A stretch of DNA of 64,000 bases from the human T2T-CHM13v2.0 reference genome, Homo sapiens: assembly GCF_009914755.1 (NCBI RefSeq), contig NC_060942.1. One strand, 5' to 3'. The position numbers and the translations under genes are program-made. This document shows, piece by piece, positions 11,506 to 23,585 of the stretch (the first letter of the stretch is position 1; every line of letters begins with the position of its first letter). The notes below the pieces were generated by a model. It saw nothing but the letters and a program-made list of their open reading frames with translations. It was not told where the DNA came from and did not search any database.

Positions 11506-14500
11506 ATTGATGTTCCTTCTCTTTGGGGACACCCTGCTCACAAGTGAGGCCCCACGGAGGACAGAACAAAGCCTGAGCATGGCCAGACCAGCCCCACACT
11601 CCCTGGGCATGGGCCAGTAGAGCCCAGTTGCTGTTTAAACTGACTTGACGGGCCTTTTGTTTGTTGCCTCCAAAGTATCCTAACAGAAAGAAATAATCTT
11701 TTTCGCCACTGAACGTGTGGGAGCTTCATTTAAGGTGCTGCCCTCCACCCACCTTAACCACGGCCTCAGCCTGGGATCCCTGTGTGTCCTCCATGCACGC
11801 CACATCCACACTGCCTGCTGCTCCCCTTTCCTGATCCCATCTCCCACCTTCTGTGGAAGTGCAGGCCTGGCCCTTCTAGAAGAAGCAGTGCAAGGGAAGG
11901 ATGGGGTCACTCAGTGATCCCCTGGCTTTGGAGACTGAGGGAGAGAGATGAGCAGACCACAGGCCTCCATGGTTTCCAGCTCCTCCCTGACCACTGAGAT
12001 GTGCTTGCAGCCTCCTGCAGCGAGTCAGGTCTGGACCCTAGGCCGCTTCCTTCAGGCCTCCTGGGGCTGTCTCTGCAGGAAACCCAGACAGAGGGAAAGC
12101 AGAAGGAAGCAGACCCTGGATTGGGACAGGTGAGGCAGTGATACCCCTTCCAACTACCTCAACCCCCCACTCAGGTCAGGTGTCATCCAGGCATATTTTA
12201 TAAAAGCTCAAAGGCAAACTCTTTCTCACGTGTTGCATGGGGCCCTTCAAGGTTTCAAAGCGTTCACTTGTATCTGCAAGGTTGGAGGCTCTAATCAGGA
12301 GGAAGACGGCCTCATTGGAGCATAGTGGGTGTCTCATCTTGATGTACCGACTTTTCCCATAGCTCAGAAGAGTTCCTTCCACTCCCCGTAGTTGTCTCCA
12401 GAACTCTCTCACCAGCCCCAGGCCCCAGATCTTGCAGCTGATTAAAGTCTAGTTCCAGAGGCTATTGTGCCCAGCTCTGTGCAGCTGGGCTAAGTGTGTG
12501 GGGTGTTGGGGTGTTGACTTTTTCTGCCTCCAATAGGAGAGGTGACTAGACCACTCCAGAAAACCACCATCCCATGACCAGAAAGCTTTGCAGATAAACG
12601 CCAAGACTCAGGTTAGGGCTCACTTCACCTAGGAGCCTCTCCCTCAGCCCCAGACCAGATGAGGACGGACTAACCTGTGCACGCCACGGTCATATTTCTC
12701 CATATGTTTAAATCACGTGTTTAAGTGCCTGTTTACCCCTCTCCTGCCAAGTCATAATCCAGGAGGTTTCAAAGACCAATTGCAAACCGAGCACAGTGGC
12801 TGCAATTTAGTACATTCTCAACGTGTTGAGTTGAACTGAGGAATTCGTAGAAATCAATTACCGTGTTCACGAACGTTAAGCCCGACTGTCATCTACCCGT
12901 TTGGTTCCCCAGCTTTCTTCCAATTAAGAAAACGAATGATCCACTGAAAATTGAATGAATGGTAAGATCAATAATAGTCTTGTGAAGCAATTTATCCCTT
13001 ATCCATCCATATACGCCCAGACACCATGGGCATTTCAACATCTTAGTCTCAGGCCCAGTTTGTTAACTTTACAGATAAAAAGATTTCTCAGCTCTCAAAT
13101 CCTATTTGACTTTTAAAGCCCCTACTAGGACTCGAAGCAGAGCAAAATACATTTTCTGCTTATTCCTGGAGCGTGTTATGTTTTGCTGTTCAGCCAAGAG
13201 AAGTGCTTCCTTGGGATTGTTGATGATCTAAGGCTGACACCTGGAAGCATTTCTCAGCTTCCCCTTCAGAACGAAGGAGTGAGAACCAAAACCTCTGAGC
13301 TGGATAAACCCACTTCCCATCTCTGCATTAGCCCTGCTTTAAAACGCCACAGTTCACAGAACAGCATTGTCTAAAGTCTCTGAAATCTAGTGCATCTCCC
13401 ATCACGATTGCAAGCAATTCCGCCCTGATTGCTGTAACCTAGATGACCATGCGTTTTCCCGTACAGGGAGAAACTAATGAGATGGAGAGCTTCCTCGGAT
13501 GGGAACCTGCTGGCCCACTGCCTAATGCACCATGCCAGGGACCTCTGGGAGCCCACCTCACAGATTGCCTATGTGCCTGGTTGCAGCAGAACGTGCTGAT
13601 GTGTCTATTGATTGCAATAGGATGCAAGTGGACTGTAAAATAGAACAGCAGGTGAAAGGAGAGCCTACCAAGGAGCGACTAAACGTTCCTCCCAGCATGC
13701 TAGATATTAGCCTTATCACCGGACTGGCCTCTTCTCGATCACAGGGCATTTATCTACCCAGAGCATCATTAGGAACACACAGCTATGGAACTGGGAGGGG
13801 AAAACCCCAGTCTGGTATGCAGCAGCTTTCTGTTCACAAAGTTTCAGGCCTGGAAATCTGTGTCAGGGAGCAGAGCCTTATGCTTTATTATTTGTAATGG
13901 TGAATCCAGCAGCAGCTGGTCAGCATTGCTGCTAGTGTTCTAAGGTGAGTGTGCAGGTTGGTGGGGAGTGCTGGGGACAGGCTCTTCACTGAACTTGTTC
14001 ATTTAAGTTAAAAGGGGAGACGATAAAATAGACAGGAAATAAGACACTGATGATTTGTTTCTCTGTGAGATCCAAATGCTGACCCAAGGAAAAGTAGAGG
14101 AACAAGGGCTTAGACAGAACACCATGAGGTCTCCAGAAAGGACTCGAAGCTTTCAGAAGTGAACACCCAGCTGGCCCTTCTATGCACCCTGTCGGCTTCC
14201 CTGACAGAGGCAGGCAGGATGCCAGCTTTGACAGAGGGTCGTCCCTGTGATAGATGACTCAATCACAGCCGCTTTCCTTCCCGCCTGATTCGGCATGCTT
14301 TCTCATCCAGTCTCTCAGCTGGAATCATCATGGGCTGGCCGCATTAAATAGAACAAACAGGAAAAAAGAAACGTTCTGCTTTGCCCTGAATCACTAACTC
14401 TTTCCTAAGGAAGAGCCACCAACACCACTTTCTGCATTCTGTTTGCTAATGTCCCAGGAGACTCATGTGAATCGCAAGCCTGACACATGTCTTTCCCACA

Positions 14501-15927
14501 TTTCTCTCTACTGGGTTATGAGGCAAATGAAATGCTGGAGAGAGTAAGCGTTACAGAATCTGTGGCCGGGTTCTATCTGCAAGAACTGTCACTTTGACCT
14601 GGCAATAGAGTCCACTTGGTATGTGGGCTTAACTGACTTTCCCCAGATCACAGTGTCTCCTGGAGAGACAAGCCTGTGTCTCCGCTCTCAGCTCTGCATC
14701 TTTGGTCACTGCTCTGGATCCTGTCACCAGAGCAAAGGGGGCTCAGCTTTGTCATTTGAGCAGGAGGAAGAATGTGATCCTCTGTGTAAGAAAGATACGA
14801 AACAGACCAACCCCGCAAGATGTAACCACCTGGGCTCCGCCACAAAAACAGAGGCACATTAGGGCTTGAGGGTTTGTGATTCCGTCAGCCCATCCCTTTC
14901 CCAGGCTCTCTTCTGAACCAGCAGCAAAGCTCCTCCAAGATCTCTATGGAGACCAGCTGCAGCCACTTGTGTTTTTAGCATTTTCCCACCTCGACACCAA
15001 GCTCATTCAATCCAGCAGTTGGCAGAGGATCTAGAGAGTTCTGCTCTCCCCTAATTTTTCAGTCCTCATTGTATCAGCCTTCTTCCAAGTTGCAGAATAC
15101 TACTTCCTGCTTTTGCGATGAGGAATGCTTTGGCTCTGATCTGGGGACTGCCTATGGCTATGCTGGGTAGTTCCCAGGGAAGAACATCTGAGCTCCTGAG
15201 TCAGCCTAGGCAGGGGACTTGCAAATCCTTGGTAAAGTCACCTCTACCCAAGCTCTGTCATGGCCAGAATTGTCTCTGCATTCTGTGATCCATCACAAAT
15301 TACAGCAAAGAGAGGTTTTTCTGTGCATGATGCTTCTTAACTGGAAAATTAACACCATCACAAAACAGTCTGGGGCTCTGTCAACACTGGCAGTACGCAT
15401 GTTGAAATGAGTATCTGTACTTCGACTGGTCCATAAATATTTTTTGAGCTTGTACTTTGCGCAAGGTACTGAGCTGAGTGCTTAGAGGATTGATTCTGAG
15501 TCCTGTCAAAGAACGTGTGTCCAGCCACAGCGATGAGCCTCAGACACTGGGAAATGACACTGACAGGGCTCAATAGAACAGAACACGTAGGTTGCAGGAT
15601 GGAGGTGGGAAAGGTGCCGAGTGAGGAGGGAAGGCCTTTTAGTGTGCCTCCTCTGTTCCCCTGCCCGGCAGCCACCTGCACCCTTGTTCCTGGCTGCGGG
15701 ATGCTGTCCACGAGGCAGATTCCTTTCACAGGAGACAAAATCCTCTTGGCCTAATTTATCAGATGAACCTGCAGAAACAGGATAAATATTTATCTTATGA
15801 ATTAGTGAATCTCTAAGCCTTCATTTGTACACCCAGCTGGGAGGATGCCCTCATGCCTCAGCCCACGCCATCCTGGAACTGGCTCCATCAGCTAGGGAGA
15901 GCTAATGGTTAAATATGCATGACTTTT

Positions 15928-16183
<256 letters not shown>

Positions 16184-16980
16184 AGCATGATTTTTGTGAG
16201 CCAGTGTTAAGCAGTTGGTGTCTTGACACTGGCCAGGAAGAGAGTATCACGCCATGGAAACTCACAAACATTGCCCATTGGGGTCACCTTGTTTTGTTTT
16301 ATTTTTTGTGCACCCGTTTACCAGCACAACAGTGCTTTAACCACTTAGATTCTGAAAGTCTGTTTCCACCTGTCAATCTAGATAAGGATACCAGTTTCAC
16401 AGCTCGGTGGGGAGGGTCCCATGGATATACAGCCGTGGACATGTGGGAAGGTCTCACTAAATGGGAAGCCTGTTAGTCTGTGTATAGAGGGAACTGCCGT
16501 TTCCCACAGTCTAAAGAGGATTGATTCGTACCACAAGGATTTTCAAAAGCCTCATTCTCCCCTGAAGGGAAAATACTGCTATCCTGGTGGGCCCATGCCA
16601 TTTTCTAAGACTTGCCAAGCTTGAGAAGTCTTGCCCTGTTCAAAGAAACCACATGGATAATTCCCGTGACCGGCGCTGGCGGGCCTGGCTGTTCCCACCA
16701 GCAGAACCGAAGGGTCCAATGAGTCACTGCTGCTTTGAAGGCTCAGGAAGCTCAGCCACTGCTGATAGCCTGACCTATCCACAGGGAAAACCTATAATGT
16801 GTCCTTTGACAAAAATGTGGGCTGCTCTCTGCTCAGCTGACATCCTCCTCAGATGCTATGTGTATGTGCCACTCCCTCCCATTGGCGTCAATGCAGCTGT
16901 CCCTGGCACATGAACCACAACAGTTCTTTCTGGTGCTGCTATTGACAAAAAAAGTGAGCAATTTTAAGATTCTTACAGAG

Positions 16981-17288
16981 GGCCAAGTGCAGTGGCACAT
17001 GCCTATAGTCCCAGCTACTTGGGAGGCTGAGGTGGGAGGATGGCTGGAACCCAGGAGCCCTGGGCTATAGTGCACTATGCTGATTGGGTGTCCACACTAA
17101 ATGTGGCATCAATATGGTGACATACTAGGAGCAAAGACCACCAGGTCACCTACGGAGGAGTGAACCAGCCCAGGTCAGATGCAGGGCAGGTCAAAACTCT
17201 TGTGCTGATCAGTAGTGAGATTGTGCCTGTGAATAGCCACTGCACTCCAACCTGGGCAACATAGCAAGACCCCATCACTAAAAAAAGA
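16981..17288 (+). pseudogene. 7SL (SRP RNA) processed pseudogene (RN7SL-P)
   Basis: Alu-domain ends flank the S-domain sequence that Alus lack (gtgtccacactaa, ggcatcaatatggtgac, gaccaccagg, gcaggtcaaaactc, gtgctgatcagtagtg). A-tail; TSD AAGATTCTTA. Confidence 0.93.
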
Positions 17289-17416
17289 AAGATTCTTAGA
17301 AGGGACTGTTCTGATATATCAGGAAATCTTCTATTCTGTTTTTCACATTAAAATTTCATGTATTTTTTTTCTGATTACTAAAGCCACACAGCTCTCCATA
17401 GAAAATTGGGAAATTG

Positions 17417-17745
<329 letters not shown>

Positions 17746-18446
17746 AGAAAATTGGGAAATTGGCCTTCATTTTAGAATAGATGATATTTGTACTGGGAGT
17801 TTGCCCAAATGGAGCTATTTCAGTGGTGGAATAAGTAGGAAAGATAAGAGGCTGGTGCCAGTTAGCTGCTACCATCCAGGGGGGCAAGAATGAGCTGGTA
17901 AATTTGGGGTACTTTTTTTGAGGATGGGGTTACATACTGATTTTTTTCTACAGCCTTTGCTGACAAAAATCATGTCAGGCCATTTAAACCTCCTTTCTTC
18001 ATCAGGGAATTCTTCAGCTGGGCTCAGCCTTCCTCAAACAGGCGCCCAGCCTCCAGGAAGCAATGAAAGCCTGATAATCCTGTGTACTCAGGAATACATT
18101 TTCCTTCAGAGTCATCAGAAACCTAGATTCATTAAACTAATCAGAGGCTGGAGGCTGTGATATGATACCTTCAAATGTGCAGGTTGGTCGGCTAAGGGCG
18201 CCAGGCTGCGAATATTTGCATCCTCAACGTCAAGATCATCATCTTGGAAAACCAGGTTGCATCTTTTGAGGGAAAGAGCTGTAGCAGCAGGGAAAAAGCA
18301 AAGATCCCAGGACAAAATGCTGCCTACTGGGTTTATCCAGAACATCCCATGAGTTTGAATTTTATTCTTTCCTAGCTAACCCCTGTGGGGCGGAACTGAA
18401 GAATGTTGAAAGAATGAAGGAGTAAATAGATGAATAGTGAAATGGC

Positions 18447-18860
18447 TGTTAGTCCATTCTCACATTGCTGTAAAGAAATACCAAAGTCCGGGTAATTTAT
18501 AAGAAAAGAGGTTGAATTGGCTCACATTCTGCAGGCTGTACAGGAAGCATGGAGGCATCTGCTTCTGGGGAGGCCTCAGAGAGCTTTGACTCATGGTGGG
18601 AGGCAAAGTGGGAGCAGGTGTCTTACATGGCAGGAGCCAGGACCTAGAGAGAGAGGGGGGAGGTGCTACACACTTGCAAATGACCAGATCTTGTGAGAAC
18701 TCACTCACTATGATGAGCACAGTACCAAGAGGATAGCACTAAACCATTCATGAGAAACCTGCCCACAAGATCCAATCACCTCCCCCCAGGCCCCACCTCC
18801 AACACCGGACATTATAACCGAACAGGAGATTTGGGTGGGGACGCAGATCCAACCACATCA
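18447..18860 (-). mobile_element. MST (MaLR) solo LTR
   Basis: tgttagtccattctcacattgctgtaaagaaatacc...ccatatca; approximate 5-bp TSD ATGGC/ATGCC. Confidence 0.9.
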
Positions 18861-20133
18861 ATGCCTCTCTGCGTTGAACCTCAGACCTAGATAGCAAGTT
18901 CGTGGGCGAATGTTGCTAGTGACAGCACAGCCCTGTGATGTCCCAGTCTCCCCTCATGTGGCCCATCTAATGGGCCACATCCCAGGTCAGGGCGGCTGCC
19001 TGTAGCCAACCACCCCAGCTGGTGTGTGATGTAGATCCAGCCCCCAGAACAAAACAGAGCTTCTCCTAAACTCCCCTTTCCCTTTCATTTCCTTGCATCT
19101 TTGTGCCATTTACTTGAGTCACTCTGCTCCAAATACTCCCACTTCCTTCTGTCCTTATTGATGAGCATGGCCCCGATGACCTGAGAAGGAAGCCAAAGTC
19201 ATCATCAATGTTCCCCTGACAAAACCATAAAGGCTGAGGGGTAAGAAACAGCGTGCTACCCTTATTTTCTATTGTGATTGAAAAGATGAATCCACAGACT
19301 CGGTCACATTTAAGTAAACTTCAGGGGTGGTCACTGGCAGTGGTGAGTCAGGTAGCTTCCTAAATCCCACCTCTTTAGGTGAGATAAGACGAGCCATTCT
19401 CGTGGTATGCTGGGGATGGCCCGATCTGTGGTCCAGCCTCATGGAGACGGTAACAGAACTTGAGGTATTTTGACAGAATTATCCTATTAAGCCAAGGGAA
19501 GTGAGTCTGTTACATCTGCAGTAGTATCGGCACTACATGCCTAAATCTGACAGTCAAGGTCTGTTGAAAGATGGTCTAGTGAATTTAAGACAGAAAATCT
19601 GTTTGTACTTTTTGTTGTTGTTGGGCTGGGATGTTTTTAGTTTGAAAAATAATTCACAAAGTGATCATTATATAAAATAAAATAATTTCTGTGTACCTTT
19701 ATCTCTGATCTATTTTATAACAGAGCCTATGTAATGACTTCTTACAATTTGCTTCAATATTTGACTCAGTTTTCATTTATTTTCATCATTGTTCATATTT
19801 TAGCGTTCTCCTGGCATCTGTGATAGCCAGTGGGAAAACGATTGAAAATGTATTTTAAAAATTCAACAAGATGCATGGTTTGAGGCTTATAGGGCTGACT
19901 CATGATAATATCATCACAATGCTTTATCCTTTATAACACCTTTCAAAAAGAGATTGAGAAAACCTTTAAAACCGTAATTTAATTCTTGTGGTATCTCTAT
20001 GAAAGAGATATTATAATCCCTGACTTATAAATGAGGAATCTAGCTTTAGGTATTAAATAATAAGCCACATCCTATTACAGACTCATGGTCAACTTTCTGA
20101 TACCAAAAAGCTCAGAGTGCAAACTGTGCCATT

Positions 20134-20144
20134 GACACACACAT

Positions 20145-20178
<34 letters not shown>

Positions 20179-20181
20179 CAC
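20134..20181. repeat. Imperfect (CA)n microsatellite
   Basis: Directly visible. Confidence 0.9.
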
Positions 20182-21703
20182 TACAGCATTGGGAAGAAGA
20201 AATGGAAGTTTCTGCTTTTCTTGATTAAACAAAGGTATGTTATTCACCTATGTTCCCAAAGTTCACCTTGTCCTCCTCTTTCCCTTGCCCCTTCCCCTCC
20301 CTCCTCTTCCCCCATTCCCTCCACCTGTAGAGCAAAGCCATTCCCCCCTTCCCCTCCATGGCTTCATAAACAGATCTTACCCCTGGACTCTAGATTATAC
20401 ACTGTCAATAATGAGATACGTGGAGTGCCAGCCACTAGTTAATCACTTGACAGGAACCAACTCATTTTAAATCACCAACCCATGGATATAGAAATGAAGA
20501 CCAAGATCTCAAGCCAAGGTTATGCGCTACTCCCACCTGGCCCCCACACCTCTTGAGTGGAACCCAAACATTTGTGAGACCAAACAGATGTTGAGCACCA
20601 GCCTGATACAAAGCTCTGTGCTGGGCACTGGGAACATGGAATCCCCAAGGTGAAAGATCTCAAGGAGCCACAACCCTGTATGTGGGGAGGGAAGTTTAGT
20701 TTACGTGAAATGTCAACAGTCTACCACAAAATGATGTAAGAGATGTGCTAGATCCATGCACCTTGGTGTTATTGGAACACATAAGGAGCACCTAGTCCAG
20801 GCAGAATGGGATGCAGAGAAGCTTCATAGAGGAACTGATGGATGGTGCACTGAATCTTCAGGCTGCAGAGAGAAGCCTAGGCTGGCATAGTGAACTGCAG
20901 GAGCACAGCAGGCTCGAAGAGCTCGGCCTGCGGCTGAACCACAAGTGCTCCTCTTTCCAGGGCATGAAGGCGCATATGGGGGTGGCTGGAGATGAGGCCA
21001 ACAGCTAGTCAGACAGCAGGTTATGAAGAGCCTCAGATCCCATCTTATGCTGACGTGGGTGACGGGCACCCGTGAAGCTTTTTGTCTCTCACTGGGGTCT
21101 GTTGGTTGGGGAGCAGGTGGGAGCTGGCAAGGCCACTTATGGAGTCTGGTTGAAGAGGCTCTGGGACTCCAGGGAGAATTGTCCAGAGCAACTGGATGTG
21201 TGATCCTGGGGCTGGAGCATGTTCTCTGGGAGGAGGGCATCCTCAACGTGGTATCAGTCTACGGAGAGGCTAAGCTCATGTAAGGAAAGGACAAACTGGG
21301 AGGAGGACAGGACAGATGCCACTGAAAGGACAACTGTGCTTAAGGGGAGACACCTGGACTTAAGAAAAGGAGTCTTCCAGAGGGTCTGAGAAGGAGTGGT
21401 CACGCAGTTTTAAAAAGAAAATAAATTCAAGAATGACCAATGGATTTGGTCAACAGTGTCAAGTACTGTAGATGGAGGAGAGCAGAATGTAGTAGCTACA
21501 GGGAGCACTGGCCTTGGGGAGAACGCAGTCAGCTGCAGGGGAGGAGCTGCAGGCAGGAGTGGGGGTGGGGGGAGAGGGAAGGGAGGGAGGAGGTGGGGAG
21601 GGTGAGTATAGATAGCAGGGCACTGGCCAGGCCTCGAGGGCAGGAGAGGGACGGCCGACAACAGGAGTTGTCTTTGGGTTTTTTTTTTCCTAAGAAGGAA
21701 AAG

Positions 21704-21750
21704 ATGTGTGTGTGTGTGTGTGTGTGCATGTGTGTGTGTGTGCATGTGTG
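21704..21750. repeat. Imperfect (TG)n microsatellite
   Basis: Directly visible. Confidence 0.9.
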
Positions 21751-22537
21751 TCTGTTTAGAGAAAGAGCCTGGGGAAAGGGAGAGGATGAAGATGCATTTG
21801 GGGGAGGGGGTGATTTGTCCCTAGGGTCGTGAGAGGGGTTGGGATCTCAGGCACAGATGGAAAACTTAGGCTTAGAGAGGGTACCAGGAAATGCAACTTC
21901 TTGGGAGTCTGGAGAAGATAACTAATCACACCCCTATGTTTCTTCCCTCCACCTTTAGAACCTAAGAAAGAAGGAGCCAGAAATCTAGCAGCCTGATTTC
22001 TGATCAGAAGCTGCTGAGAGAGCTGGCTTCTCCTCTGGACCCAGGGCCTTTCCTCTCACTCTTCTCTCCACCCCAGCCCACGCACCCTCCTGGCTCCAGC
22101 ACTCAATTTCCCACCAGGACACAGGACACACCGCAGATCACAGCATCTTGTGCTAGAGGAAACCACTTACTACATGTGGCCAAGGAGGGCTATTCGCCTT
22201 CCTGGGGATGCCAAAGAGAGAGTGAGAAGAAGGCTGGGCCCCGTTGCCTTCCTTCTCCCACACTTACCCACTGGTGGAAGTGAGGGAGGAGATGGAGAGA
22301 GGGATAGAAAGGCTCTTCCTAGGTTCTGGACTTGAAGGGTAAGTTTTCCATTTAATAGACCTAGGCAGGAATGAAGAATGGAGAGACTATTTCCCCGATG
22401 CTTTCACAAACATGGGAGGTAGACAAACCAGAAATTGAGGGGTTCCTGGCTATTTGTGCAGTTGGTAGTGGGAACATCCTCTGGGAGTAAGTGACAAGCA
22501 CCAAAACAATAATAACAAGACTGCTCAAGGACTCACC

Positions 22538-22800
22538 TTTCAGTGAGACAGGAGGAGTAAGTTCCAGGTCTATTGTACAACATGACGACCGCAGTTAACA
22601 ACATGTATCATAAACTTGAAAATCGCCGACAGTAGATTGTTAAATGTTCTCACTACACACAAAACAAGATGTATGTGAGATGATGCTGATGTTAATTAGC
22701 TTTCTTTAGCCATTCCACAATATGTGCATATTTCAAAATGACATGTCATACACCATACACATATGCAATGTTTTATCAACTAAAAAAATAATAACAAATA
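22538..22800 (+). mobile_element. L1MA-type 3'UTR fragment
   Basis: caggaggagtaagttc...tattgtacaacatg...gttaattagc...ttagccattccacaat with an A-rich end. Confidence 0.75.
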
Positions 22801-23243
22801 ACAAAACAGTAACAAGACCATTGATGAACTCCTCACATACAGGATTCTGTCTCATCCTTGCAACATCCTCCACCTGGCGGTTGTCCTTGCCTTTGACAGG
22901 TGGGACAACTGAGGCTCAGAGGTGCTGTGACCTGGTTGGGGTGTGTCTGGCCCCAGGCCCGTGGCCGATGAGCCTGTAGGGAGGTGGTGAGGGAGTCATC
23001 ACAGGGTGGTTGAGCAGCGTTGAGTGCTCAACAGAAGCTGGAAACTCCACACTTATAACAGTCCCAATCTGTCCGCTGTGTGTGTTCAGCAGCCCAGGTT
23101 CAGCAGTGGAAGCAGCAGGAAGGTGGATTGACCTAGGATTGTGATTTTGCTAAGCAAGGCAGGGACACTGAGGGTATTGATCAGAGAGAGATTGAAGAAT
23201 CAGAGGTAGGGGGAAGAAACAGAGGGGGAGGAGATCCTCAGAG

Positions 23244-23585
23244 CAGCAGGCCTCCATCCTGGCTGTGCATCAGAGCTCCCGGGGAGCTCTGAAAAACTCT
23301 AGGCGTGCCCAACTCCAGCGATTCTGATTTAATTAGACTAGGGTGGAGTTGGGACCTTGCTGGCTTCTAAAGCCCTCCAGGTGATTGGAGTAAGCAGTCC
23401 GGGCTGAGCTTCAGCTCAAAGCAGCACTTCTTAAGGGTGGTCCCGCAGTAGCTGCAGCAGCAGCACTGCATATTTCTTGGAAATGCAAATTCATGAGTCC
23501 CACCCCAGACCTGCTGAATTAGACCTTTTGGGGGCGGGGCCCTCTGGGAGATTCTGATGTACCCTAGAGTTGGAGAACCACCGGG
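23244..23585. mobile_element. Pair of MER5-family remnants in opposite orientation
   Basis: gattctgatttaatt...aagccctccaggtgatt and gtggtcccgc...gaaatgcaaattc...cccaccccagacctgctgaatt...agttggagaaccac. Confidence 0.65.

Noticed and set aside
18180-18375. Coding-looking stretch after a CAG (CILNVKIIILENQVASFEGK...)
   Set aside because: No recognisable family and no clear splice pair. Exons 2 and 3 already join without a gap relative to THEMIS, so no extra exon is needed.
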